From NCBI GenBank assembly GCA_002633005.1, contig NMRA01000198.1:435282-499281 (forward strand): a stretch of 64,000 bases of DNA, written 5' to 3'. The notes under the pieces were generated by a model that saw only the letters and a list, made by a program, of their open reading frames with translations, was not told where the DNA came from and ran no database searches. Numbering within the stretch: position 1 is the first letter of the stretch; the number at the start of each line of letters is the position of its first letter. Below are positions 24,501 through 35,400 of this stretch, in pieces. The translations under genes were made by a program, and so were the position numbers. Source of the DNA: Phoronis australis. Lineage: Eukaryota; Animalia; Phoronida.

Positions 24501-27144
24501 TTACAATGAAGGATGTAGTAAACATTTTGGCAGTAGGTCTAAATTTGATCTCGTCTTTTTTACAGGATTTCAGTATGGAGTGCGGAATCTGTTACTCGTA
24601 CCGTTTAGAAGATGAAATTCCGGACAAAACGTGTGAAGACCGGCGTTGTGGACAGCCTTTTCATCACACATGCTTATACCAGGTATGTTCACTCACCTTT
24701 TAAGACGTAATAAATATATTTATGCAAATTATCAATAACAAATTGAAGCTAACCAGTCTAGCAGCTCGCCTGACAATCTTTAAAGATTTGAGTTTGCTGT
24801 GTTGTGTTCGAAAAACATACTATTAGCTGAAGGGGATTAAGATCAAGCATGTATGTGTGCTGCCCTCTCTTGAGCACCTGAGCAAGATTGAGTACACGAT
24901 GTATGTTTCAGTCCATGTGCAGTGGCTTTAACCCAACAGATTCAGCCATAAACATTACTTATTTTTGTAATGCAAACTTTCTTTCTGACTCTTTGTCACA
25001 ATTCGTTGATAAGTATTGGCTGAACATTAAGCCAGTTTGTCTGCTAACTCAATCTACTCATTGGAATAGTTTGGTGGTGGGATTCCTCTCCACTATGGTA
25101 AGGATTGTTGCCGCGCGTAATTCAGCCCAATGCACTACCCTGGTAAATGGAAAAATGGGCACACGAGACAATACCAAATAATAAAAAACCTTACCTACGA
25201 AAATGCTTATTTTTCAGAGTTTTTATCAATATGCTGACTTTTAGGTTTAATATTATTGTTCGGTGTAATAAGTAAAATTCACCTGTGACTAAAGGACAGT
25301 AATATTCATTCAGATTTGCTGAGTCATCAGAATGAAGTATGAAACTCACGGAATTCAGGTTTTAGGCTCTTGCGTCCATTTGACTACATTACTCTTCATC
25401 TTTATCATTGTTATACTTGTCATTTGGTGAATATATGACGGTAAACACGAATGTGTCATATTTTTGTAGTGGTTACGGGCCTTACCCACTGCAAGGCAAA
25501 GTTTCAACACTATTTTTGGTGAATGCCCGTATTGTGAGATGGTAAGTGAATACAGTAATATGGTAAAGTTTAATAAAATTCAAATAAAAATAATTGCCAA
25601 AAACTTTCAAAAGCTAACTGTAACGTGCTTGAATGTCATTGTGTGTTTGTTGATGACATTTGTGCAGTAATGTTAAAATGAAGTTTTCTTCCTGTTTTGT
25701 GGAAAATTTTGATAAAATAATTTTTCACTGTGCCACTATGTTGTGTTCTAAATGGAAGAAAATTTACTGTATTATATCATAAAGTTGTATTCAGAAAGAT
25801 AAGAGTGAGATATCTTTCAAAAAGTTGCGTCTTTATAATAATTACTCCATATTCGTATTCATAGGTGAAAGAGATGGCAAATGAACTACTCTGTTTCACA
25901 TAAATTTCCCTTAAAAATTAATAACACTTTTGCCCATTTTAATTTTGGAACATTGAATCTCAGAAGATTGAAAAAGAAAAAAGAATTTCAAATACAGCTG
26001 TGCTTTATGCACTCCCCAAGAGGATGATTTTTGAAATGCTTTACTTTTATGGGAGAGACTTTCAAGAAACATAAATTTATAATTTCTATGAAAAAGTTGT
26101 ACAAACAAAAAAACAAAACCATTATTCAGAAAACAGTGTTTTAAGACATCTTGAACATGTATGTCAAAAGAAACTGACGCATTTTATTTACCACTGTCGT
26201 GCTATGAATGTGCCTTTTCTTAATTTTACTAAGAAGACGTCACATGACCCAATTAATGGCACATTAGTGTAAAATCAAAAATCAAATTTTACTTTCTGAA
26301 AATAAGTACTTTTACTGAGAAAAATTCTGTAATTTTGTTGGTATTAAGCTAATTGCACTGAGTTGCCATTCACGTTACACACATCCTAAAGATTATGTAG
26401 GACACTAGGAAAATGTCCAAACTTGGCTAACTTCGGAACATTATATCTCAAAATTGGCTGATTGGATTAACTTGAAACTTTCACATACTATACCTTATGT
26501 ACTGTTCTGCAAAACGCTTTGGATTTGTTTTTAAAATGTTCCACTTTTGCATGACAGGCTAATAAAATATAGGGCTTTTTAATTTTTTTTTTGAAAATAA
26601 ATACAACTTGCAAAAAATGAGATGGTATTTTAGAAAACTGTAACTCCATTTTTGAGACTTTGTCTCGAACGTTTATGTCAAATTAAATTTAGGCATGCTG
26701 TTTATACCATTGTTTTCCTATGATAGAACCTTTCTTTTTTGGGGAAATTTTTTAAAAAGACATGGTCACGTGACCCAATAAATGACAAATTGGTATAAAA
26801 TAAAAAAATCAGACTACCAGCTTTCTACTTTCCGAAAATACATACTTTTACAGTATTAATTTTGATATTTCTGTTGATATTTGATTTTGTCTAAGTACGT
26901 AGACTTGTCGATAAGGTCCTGCATAACCTTTCTGTCGGTCGTCTGGTACAAAAGTGAGCTTTATCAAGCATATATCAATCTTTTAAAATATTTACCAAAA
27001 CTACTGAAGTTGTTGGTCAATACAAAATTTTAATAAAAAGCCAATTTTTCCAGCATTGCTCATTTTCACACTCTTTTACATGTTATTTGGTTTTACTTGC
27101 AGCCAATAACTGTGAAGATGCCAGTGGCAAAAATGGCCGAGTGA
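6517..27144 (+). CDS. FANCL: E3 ubiquitin-protein ligase FANCL, complete gene, 13 coding exons, 371 aa
   Basis: join(6517-6597,8787-8900,14891-14947,16868-16968,19233-19329,19655-19720,20960-21116,22410-22493,23472-23517,24095-24176,24566-24682,25470-25541,27103-27144) = 1116 nt, all GT-AG, phases consistent. ELF-DRWD-RING layout with motifs FWDMMDEID.KTWVVEPEKP, PECRFLGPDH and C4HC3 RING CGIC..C..C..H..C..W..CPYC. Confidence 0.96.
8787..8900 (+). CDS. FANCL: FANCL coding exon 2
   Basis: KKDYYLSVSKPEELKDALIECEWSLQHLLRGYETLIQQ; tgacag acceptor, GTAATT donor. Confidence 0.9.
10500..10760 (+). mobile_element. Degenerate LINE ORF2 C-terminal fragment
   Basis: DKNRLESAQSIMRFAS...SLTRRRDHRLFWNLLQG resembles the L2/CR1 ORF2 end (LE.VQ..A.R...SL..RR...L.F.KI). 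Confidence 0.45.
13040..14480 (+). mobile_element. DINE/HINE-like non-autonomous element with degenerate internal tandem array
   Basis: Recurrent tgaaacttgacaca, cccctagtggcc and ggggcttttcag motifs at about 155-180 bp spacing; short subterminal IR gcctcgca (13042) / tgtgaggc (14447). Confidence 0.55.
14891..14947 (+). CDS. FANCL: FANCL coding exon 3
   Basis: RLQQSESLPSFLQELKTIA; tttttag acceptor, GTGAGT donor. Confidence 0.9.
16721..16860. repeat. 35-bp minisatellite x4
   Basis: ttgatcgaatcatgttatgtacaaatatcaaccat at 16721, 16756, 16791 and 16826. Confidence 0.95.
16868..16968 (+). CDS. FANCL: FANCL coding exon 4
   Basis: EKADLNTNKPDAASSNPEFYENLIRDAQSLGWN(R); ttttcag acceptor, GTTGAG donor, phase 2. 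Confidence 0.9.
16971..17118. repeat. 24-bp minisatellite x6
   Basis: tgagtgaactatttatgattataa repeated 6 times with one variant unit. Confidence 0.95.
18505..18637 (-). mobile_element. tRNA-derived SINE head (or tRNA pseudogene)
   Basis: Minus strand GGCAGTGTGTCTTAGTGTGATAAG...GAGGTCGTGGGTTCAAGTCCCACTGGGTCAC: degenerate A box, good B box and T-arm (GTGGG-TTCAAGT-CCCAC). No clean anticodon or acceptor stem. Confidence 0.65.
19233..19329 (+). CDS. FANCL: FANCL coding exon 5
   Basis: IIHIDDSFRELQVSVVDEAKREHVMKINLHKN; tttccag acceptor, GTTAGT donor. Confidence 0.9.
19655..19720 (+). CDS. FANCL: FANCL coding exon 6
   Basis: HPLVAPRCTCDLPAAFDPRWSS (RWD YPxxxP-like motif); ttgcag acceptor, GTATGA donor. 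Confidence 0.85.
19749..20463 (+). mobile_element. DINE-1/HINE-like (Helentron-associated) non-autonomous element
   Basis: T-rich start, 5' IR tatgcgccaa...tgggtgcata, (CCGT)n-like microsatellite at 19801-19850, internal repeats (cctagtggcc), 3' hairpin caacgc-tcc-gcgttg followed by ctcttgt and T-rich sequence. Confidence 0.7.
20960..21116 (+). CDS. FANCL: FANCL coding exon 7
   Basis: HESSICDLYYQLEQEVALYQRFWDMMDEIDCKTWVVEPEKPTRSAMHRRIAL(G); tttttag acceptor, GTATGA donor. Confidence 0.93.
22410..22493 (+). CDS. FANCL: FANCL coding exon 8
   Basis: TGSSLQIEVNPLNPTLFPECRFLGPDH; ttacag acceptor, GTATGC donor. Confidence 0.93.
23472..23517 (+). CDS. FANCL: FANCL coding exon 9
   Basis: (V)IQPLQELMSKNAHK(W), 46 nt, restores phase; tttcag acceptor, GTATGT donor. 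Confidence 0.88.
24095..24176 (+). CDS. FANCL: FANCL coding exon 10
   Basis: NTTSSVLTNLRLVLDTEFPSPSSTSKE; ttttcag acceptor, GTGATT donor. Confidence 0.9.
24566..24682 (+). CDS. FANCL: FANCL coding exon 11 (RING N-half)
   Basis: DFSMECGICYSYRLEDEIPDKTCEDRRCGQPFHHTCLYQ; ttacag acceptor, GTATGT donor. Confidence 0.95.
25470..25541 (+). CDS. FANCL: FANCL coding exon 12 (RING C-half)
   Basis: WLRALPTARQSFNTIFGECPYCEM; ttgtag acceptor, GTAAGT donor. Confidence 0.95.
25900..26930. mobile_element. Probable non-autonomous DNA transposon remnant with internal degenerate direct repeat
   Basis: gtcac(a/g)tgacccaat...tacttt(c)tgaaaata...tactttta block at about 26239-26320 and 26765-26850, plus upstream similarity; termini not resolved. 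Confidence 0.45.
27103..27144 (+). CDS. FANCL: FANCL last coding exon (13)
   Basis: PITVKMPVAKMAE* (human PITLKM...); ttgcag acceptor; TGA at 27142-27144. Confidence 0.9.
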   Translation, partial: PITVKMPVAKMAE

Positions 27145-29303
27145 TCTACCACAGAATACAATACAAACTTCTGTTGTGGTAGCGAATAATCCCTACAAGC
27201 GCAGCAGGATTTCCATTTGTTGCCTTGGGTCTAGTGGTCTTCTCGATTAGCTACTAAATATGATCTCACGCAAATGGCTAAAGAACAGTGTAGACTCTGA
27301 CCAGGGGTGTGTTTGGTGTTGAAAGACATTTGCGATGAGAGGTCTTTGGCTACGGAATGGTAACCGTGAAATTTCTCCTATAAGCCAACGTGAGCCACAC
27401 TGACCAATCATGTCTGAGGCAGTCATTTTGGTGATCTTGGCTAGTAGGGTCTCATGTGTACCTTTACACTCATGATTTCGGTTGAGCTTGCATGATCTTG
27501 CTATTTTCATAAGAAATTGGCTCTACAAATACATCTCGGCTCTTCTTCTTGTTTAGTGTCCTGTTATATTTTATTAAAGTTTATAACAAATATCCTTGGC
27601 TATGTTTTCAGTGATTTGTGTTCTGAAACTCCACCAAATCATTGCTTTGATAAACTATATAGTTTGACAATCGACTGGCATAAAATGTTATAGGAGTTCT
27701 GGCACTGAAAACCGTATCACATTAGAAACAGACACGACACCTAGTGGTCAGCTCATTAAGGTGACTTTTTATGTCGCGATTCAAAAAATCCTCATCTACA
27801 TCAAATTTGAATCTTTGCGTCTTGTCAGTTTTGTTTACTCAAGTGTTTGTCAATTTCTGATATTGAATCAAGGCACATTCCTGTTATTTTAGATACATAC
27901 TTTGTTCACACATCTGTACCAATACTGCATATTGTAGTTTTGCCCAACCTAATTAAGCTACTCTAATCCAAAAACTCTACTGAAGATGTCGCTCTTAATT
28001 ATTTACCTTTTCCTTTCTTAAAAGGATACCACAACCAGTTTTGGCCTATTAACAGACATTAAAAATGATTTTTCCCAACCAGTTTTCTGAAATTACTTAC
28101 TGTAACCCTCGACAACCCTGAAAAGTTGGAACCAAAATTTGAAGACTCCTTACAAAGTCTGTAAAACGGGCAAACACAACCTACACTTTAGGCGAGTTGT
28201 ACAACTGTAGGGAAGAATCGTCCACTAAGAATCGTAATAACCTATCTGTGATGCAGAGTGCGAGTTTTTAATTGAATCGCACTTTTATCACTCCAGTGAG
28301 ATGCCAATGAGCAGACGACAGAACGAGGATTGGTTGAAATCACCAACAACGGTTTAGTAATTCTTTCGAGTGAAAGTACACGAGCGTTGCTGAAGTCATC
28401 AACTCCATCTTTATTACATTATAACAACCTACATTAGACAAAGTTGACGTTAATGTATCAAATCTGATCTAATGAAAGATAGTACATTTGAGGACACACA
28501 TTCACTCTTGCCAAGAAATCACGCCGCTTTCAGGACCATACTAAAAGTGATAACTATTCAATTATCCAAATGACGACTAATGTATGCGTATGTAATAGAG
28601 ACCAAAGAAAAGGTGACAACATATGCAGAGTTACGTGATGGCTAGGTCAATCATGAAATGTGTACAACTATTTTAGTTGTCAAAATAGCGAATACATTCT
28701 CATTGAAAAATTGGCGTGCAAATATTGCACCAATGAACTTCAGCTACTTAATGATTGACATTCCTTAAGATTTCCTTCAAAAGTTGAACAAAGCTAGAGT
28801 CAACCTTTTTAAGCACTAAAATAACAACTGATTGTGAGATTCCCAGACACATCACGCTCAGTATTTGAGCCTTCCCATTACATATTCTTTCAATGTAACA
28901 AAACATTCCACGACCAATTTTGTAATGACCTTCCATAAATGCCACTCACTGTTTGCTGAACAAGCACTTTCACTACCAGAATAAAATCACAATTATCTGC
29001 AAGTTTCTTGGAGAACAATCACAAACCCACAAGATGAGATGAAAAGATGCAGGCGCCTGTTTAATCAAAGGTCACAAGCTTATCTAGCTGAAATTGTAAC
29101 CAGTCTTCTCATGTGATGATGATTTTATAAAACCGAAATGCTGCAACCAGTTTAAACTTCATTGCTAGTCTGTTCATACTATCTTAATGAACTATGCCCT
29201 GGTTAAAATAATAAATGTGACAATATTAGCTTTGACTTGGCGAACAACTTTTGATAAGACGGTCCCAGGATTGTCCGCCATTGATGGGAATCAAAAAGCA
29301 TTA

Positions 29304-29413
29304 TTATTTCTTCCTTGACCTTTCAAGCCCTTTGAGTCCAGGTGAGGTCTGAGTGGCTGCCTCGGACTTAAGCTGTTTTACTTTCTTTTTTATTGCAGAC
29401 TCCTTAGGACTAC
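29304..29413 (-). CDS. VRK1: VRK last coding exon (11)
   Basis: TTTCCAG acceptor, phase-compatible: (G)[35 protein letters not shown], followed by a second TAA. Confidence 0.75.
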
Positions 29414-32400
29414 CTGGAAAGATAATAAGTGAACAAGTAATAATGAGAACTCATAATTCATTAGGATGTACGGTGAAACAACGGTCCTACCTGAAGTTCA
29501 TTCAGGCAATCATGTGGTACACTTATCTCACAAACTCTTGTGCAGTCTAACAACATTTCAGTTGATCTGGTCACTGCATAACCAAATGGACACTCATTAC
29601 TCATGAGTCTGTCATTCAGAGTAAATTCAAGGTGTACAATTAGGTACTTTCTCTCAGTTTGGTAAACTGCAGATCAAAGCTATGTTTAGCTCAGGCCTGC
29701 AAGCCAGAAGCATATCACTCATTCTTCTCGATTAAAAGTGTTTATAATTGATATAACTTTATGCTATTGTTGTTCTTAATTGACACTTAGGTTCAAAAAC
29801 ATTTAGAAAGCAAAGCATTTAAGCAACCACATGTCTATCAGAGGTCTATCAGAGGTCTACCAAGGGTCTGAGATAAAATACTATTAAGCAAAAAATCTAC
29901 AAGAAAACTACACAAAAATTAGACACCAGAACAGACAGACAAGGTTGCCACATGAGAAAATCATAAACAAAATTGAGAAAACTGAATGCAAAATTAAATA
30001 TAACAGTATTGCCATTCTAATTAGTTTCTGTACTTCTTGGTACTACCTTTTGGTGGGCCTCGAATATTTTTGGGAATGTTCAGCCGCTTGTGCCGTGGTG
30101 ATGATACCGGCGACTTGGCAGCCACCTTCTTCCCAGATGTCGGGGTGGACTTTGCCTTGTTAGAAGGACCTGCTTTCGGTGTCACTGTAAGTTTACGGGT
30201 CTTTGATTCTCTTGGACCTTTCCCTGCAGCCGGTGAGTCGTACATGGACTTCCTAGATTTCTTTGGACTGCTAGAAGCAGCACCATCGCTTTTTTGTTTA
30301 TTTCCCTCTTGTGACTTAGCAGCCAACTTCTTCCCAGATGTTGGGGTGGACTTCACTTTGTTGGACCAACCTGCTTTCGGTGTTACGGAAAGTTTAGGGG
30401 TGTTTGCTTTTCTCCGACCTTTCCCTGCAGCAGGTGAGTCGTTCATGGACTTTCTAGATTTCTTTGGACTGCTGGAAGCAGCACCATCACTTTTTCGCTT
30501 CTTCCCTCTTTGCCCCTTTTTCTGTAAACATAAATATTCAAACATATAAGGAATATTTTGAGACCAAATTCAGTTGCATAAAACCCATTTTGTTCATTCA
30601 CTCCAAAGTGTTCAGTTATTGCTGTTACAAAGTAGGTTACAGCTCTTTATTCAGTGTGAGAAGAATTCGCATTTCACAATAGCTGAAGAACATGAATAAT
30701 ATGTTGGCTTGGCAGACTATCCCTTTAGTTGTCTACAACCCTTTGGCTAAACCTACGTTGGTGTCATTGTATGCTACATGGAGTCACGAGATGGCACAGT
30801 GCGAATTACATAGTGTAGAGTTGTGCTATTGAAAGAGTGCTGTATGCACTCCCTTATATTAACCACCGGGTGAGAAAGGTAGATTTAGTAATTGACAATG
30901 AATCGACAACTCAACATGCTACCTCACATCTGTTTAAGGGACGATATTGGTGAAAAAAGTGTGGAATTGAACCTAGGACAGTCGAGGTTGCTGCCAAATG
31001 CTCTGCTGGCAGAGCTATATCCAACACAATACATGGAAGAGGATCTTAAAAGTACTGATCTCGTATAGTCACTGGCTTCGATTTCAGCAAATGAATGGCA
31101 GACAACGGTGAGAATTTGCGAGTGGTAATAAAAAGACAAAAACAATCGGTTTTGTTGTTTTATAGCTCTGGTCAAAGTTAGTAATTTCAAGAAGTCTATC
31201 CCATCCAATAACAATTTCAAAAAGGGATGCAAAACAACTAATGTCCTTTTAATACCATCGAGGTGAACACTATCAAGTGTTGGAATGTGACAACAGGAAA
31301 CAATCGGGCCAAAGACCACAGGTCATGTGATTACTAGGACAAAGAACGGAAAGAAAACTGAAGTTCAGCATCACAATAAATAACTATCAGAGATTTGGCA
31401 AGGGAAATATGGGGGCGAATTGGCAATGCAGACATGCACAGGTCACATGACTAGCTGCATGCCTTACGTAAACTTACTGAAATGTCGCCTTGAGCCCCAC
31501 TACCACCAAAATCAAAGTCTCCATCATCTTTCCAGCCGTTCTTCTTCAAGGCCGACTCAAATATTCCTCTCAACCGATTATAGTTTGGGGTCTCCTCATA
31601 GCTAAGTTTAGCCACCATCTTCAAATACTCCACAATTTCTACTGAAAATTTTCATCATAAGTATTACTCAGTTTTAGACATAAACACTACAGACTGATGA
31701 ATGCTGAAGCAAAATTTTGCATTTTTTTTACTTTTATTATGGAAAAATCACCAATTTTGCATGTAGAGATATTCAAGTGAAATTTTACCTTCACATTTTC
31801 AGAGAAGATGTGTCATGAAATTCATGTATCATCACTGCCAAAATTTGTGTTATTTCTACCATCCTATGAAGACATTTTGAAAATTAGAGACATTCACAAA
31901 ACTTTAAATTATGTCTTTCAATCACAGCGGGCAAATTATGCAATTTGTATGAAATTGGTATAATTTAAATTTACAGTGTATAAAATATTGTACTTGCAAT
32001 ATCCACTTTCTGAGGACCCCCATCGAAAGCTGTGTGAACTGATGGGGCTAATTTAATAACTTTTAAACTCCGGACCTCAACATTTTCATTGTGAACATTG
32101 TCTGCGTATATTTGGACTTGCATAATTTCATTGAAAGACACTGTTGGAAAAAGTTCTTAGTGGGATATTATTGGATAGAAAAGTGACTTTTTGAGAAATC
32201 AAACCTGGAGCCTCCGTGCTCTCACTCTAATTATTTGGTGGTGGAACCAAATTTAAACTTAAGCGTATTTACACAGTAAAGACACCAGCCTTGATTTCAG
32301 CGAATATCTGGTAAACAACAGTGAGAATAGGCGATTTGTAATAAAATCGCAAACCCACAACTTTAACTGAGCAGGTAACATTCATATAGTTTTACAGGAA

Positions 32401-35400
32401 ATAAATAATGCTATACAGTGGCAAACAAATAGTTGCTGCTGCACATTGTATAAGTTTCTGACTTTCATAATTAGAAACCTGGTGGCACTTGTTTCATTGT
32501 TAATTTCCAGGTGGCAGAGTTGTATACTGTGAAGCTGGTATCCATTATCACCCAAATCCCAAGAGTGCCTTTAGGCAAGGCTAGGGTACTTATGTCACTC
32601 CTGTACTACCTCCAGTGTAAACACTACTATTGCCTTGTAATTTATCAATCACAGCAAGATATAGCTACAACTCAGTTATTTCATCACTGCCATGCCACAC
32701 AGTGATTAAACGTTAACACAAGCATGGATAGTATTGGAATTGAGCTGGCTGCTGAAATGAGACACTGACAAATAATTATTCTACGGCCATTTTGTGGAAA
32801 GCTGCTGCCACCATGTGGTAGCGGTACTAATATATTCATGAGTTTTCGATCAACTACTATGAATACTGAGGAATGTTGCGGACTTCATTTTTCATTACTA
32901 GGCTCTGCCGCACTGTTTGCCGAGGCCAATTCAAAAATTCACTGAAAAGTTAATTCTATTGTCAGATTGGAAGTTTACCTGTAATATCAAACAGCAAAAT
33001 TTTTATGTAAGTCATGTTCAGGTTGTAAAGTAACTATTTCAAAATAAATGTTACCCAATATAAATACAGATAAAGAAGCCACAGGCAGAACGTGGAGATT
33101 TCAGAAAGCTGTTTTGGGTCAACCATAACCCTGCCCTCTTATGAGGCTTAAAGAAACCAACAGCAAGTCAGTAAAGTATTTAGACAAAATGACCCAGAAT
33201 TCACAGTTGTGACAAAAGAGCGCAGGTGGCATTAACTGTCACAATAGCCATTTTTTATGAGTGAGAAAGACAGGAAGCTACACTGATTTTTCAGTTACTC
33301 TGCACAAAAATAATTTCCTAATTGCCATTTTTCTATTATCAAAGTCTGATTAAATTTGCTGCAAACAAGGGGAACCTAACCAAATGCTAGTCCCCTGTAC
33401 ACCACATTGTATACCACACAGGTGTAGTGTTGCCGCATCAGAGACTTGCAGTGGTTATAAATCTGCAATTTTATGACCTCTATTTGGTACAAACCAAGGT
33501 AATAATATAGTCACATAGACTTCATAACCTTCATTTCTGTAAAGTTCATATGTCCACCGTATTGTATACAGAACGGGTGCAGAACTGCCGCATCAGAGAT
33601 TTGAAACCGTAACAAACCTGCATCCTGTCAAAGAAGCAAACTTTTGATTCAGACCACTTACCACCATGCAACTGGTCTCAACTTGATCCTCCCTTGAATT
33701 AGAAGTGATTTATGATCTTGTAAGTTTGGTATTCCTTGAGCAAAGGCTCATTACAAAAATTACCTGCATGGCAAGGCAACTTACAGACCCAGGTCTCGAG
33801 AAATAACGAATTACCTTTTTTTTGAAAGGTTCCTGAAATCATTTATAACTTGACTTAGGAACAATTCCACAGTCCAATTTCATGCAGTAAGTGGCCAAAC
33901 TACAAGTTGGTTTTTTGTGATGGAAGGCAGGTTTGAAGGTACTTTAAACTTTAACAAGGCGGAAACACCAACTATAATAATGCTGGAATAACAAGTTGTG
34001 ATAAATTGTTATTGGTGACATTGCTTTTGGCATATAATGCAGTACTAAAGCTCACCAGGTGGGATTTTTTCTTTGAAGCAGTCCTTCATCAAACTTGGAA
34101 TGTCTGACATGTACCTAGGGAACAAAGAGATGTTTGATATACACCTGCATAGAATGTCAAGACAAAATGAACGTTGCTTGAGTCGATTAAAGTTCTAAAA
34201 CATTGGGAATTCCTAAAATGTCACGCTGCGATGACCATTATCTCTGGTATTCAGGAAACTCACAGCAGCCGTGCAATATGTTACAGTAGAAATGCAAATC
34301 CTATAAGAGTTATTAAATGTGATGGACAACAAATGCCGATATCAGCTCAGACCTCACATGGCTTTTTGCAATTCTTCTCTTGTAGAACTTGTTTGTGTTG
34401 TTTCATTTTGAGCCGCATACTAAGGGAAGTTGTCTTTTAGTTTTGTTTTCAATATGTGAGAGTGAAATAACACAAAACTCTAGCACTCCTGTACATAGCA
34501 CTTGCTTTATAGGGAAACCACTTTGTGATGTTTCTCTGGTGTCTGTGAATTTGAATACAGTATTTTTAAGGTTGTCTGAGGTTAAAACCATGAGGGGAAT
34601 TTTTTAACATGATGAGGGTAATTTCGAGGGATTTTTAAATATTTTTGTGGGGAATGGGGCTGATATTTGGCCCCAATTTTGAGGGATCGAGAGCTTTGAG
34701 ATTGTAAAAATATATGTGTTTATTTGAAAAAATATTTGGGGAACTGAGACCCTTGGAAACAAATGTGGTGTTAATCAACACATTCCTTATTGCTAACTGT
34801 TTGTTGTGCAACCGATACTGTACTAAAAGCCTCTCAGCTCATGGGCTACCTACCGTTTCTTCTGTTTTCCGACCCACTCTTTATCATTCAGATTTATCTC
34901 CCATGGCAGCAGATTTCTGCACAGCCACTGCAGTAAACAATAGCCCAGAATTTCCAGGTCGCCTCTCCTGGAAGGCGCTGAAATCACAATCGAAAATAGG
35001 GGTCACTTGAACAGAGTTCAAACTTCCGTTTGACAAAATCACGCACTCAAGGTCCCCCCAGGACTGGGCAGTATGCGACCATCAAGCAAATTGTGCAGAC
35101 TTTTAGCAGCGGAAAATGAAGCAGTGCACAATTTCAAAATATGACTATTTTAATATTTACAAACCACAACACATTTGCATACTTTATCCGCGATTCGAAC
35201 ATGGGATAAAAACTGATTTTCCTACTTATTAACTGGTTATCAAGAAGAGCTTCTTGCATCACAATAAATGTACGCCACTGTCGCAAAAACGTTCTTAAAT
35301 TAGGACACCGCCTGAGGAGAAAAATCTCCGAGCTATCAGGTGTGCAAAAATATGCTAAACTTCACGAGCCTCACAAAATAAACTTAAATGACCACTAGTA

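Noticed and set aside
30037-30549. 170-aa plus-strand ORF (Phe/Leu/Gly-rich, repeated)
   Set aside because: Antisense shadow of the Lys/Ser/Pro-rich VRK exon 10; non-ATG start and no independent evidence.
33395-33630. Degenerate about 155-bp direct repeat sharing tgccgcatcagaga
   Set aside because: Two old diverged copies with no ORF or structure; ordinary intronic duplication.
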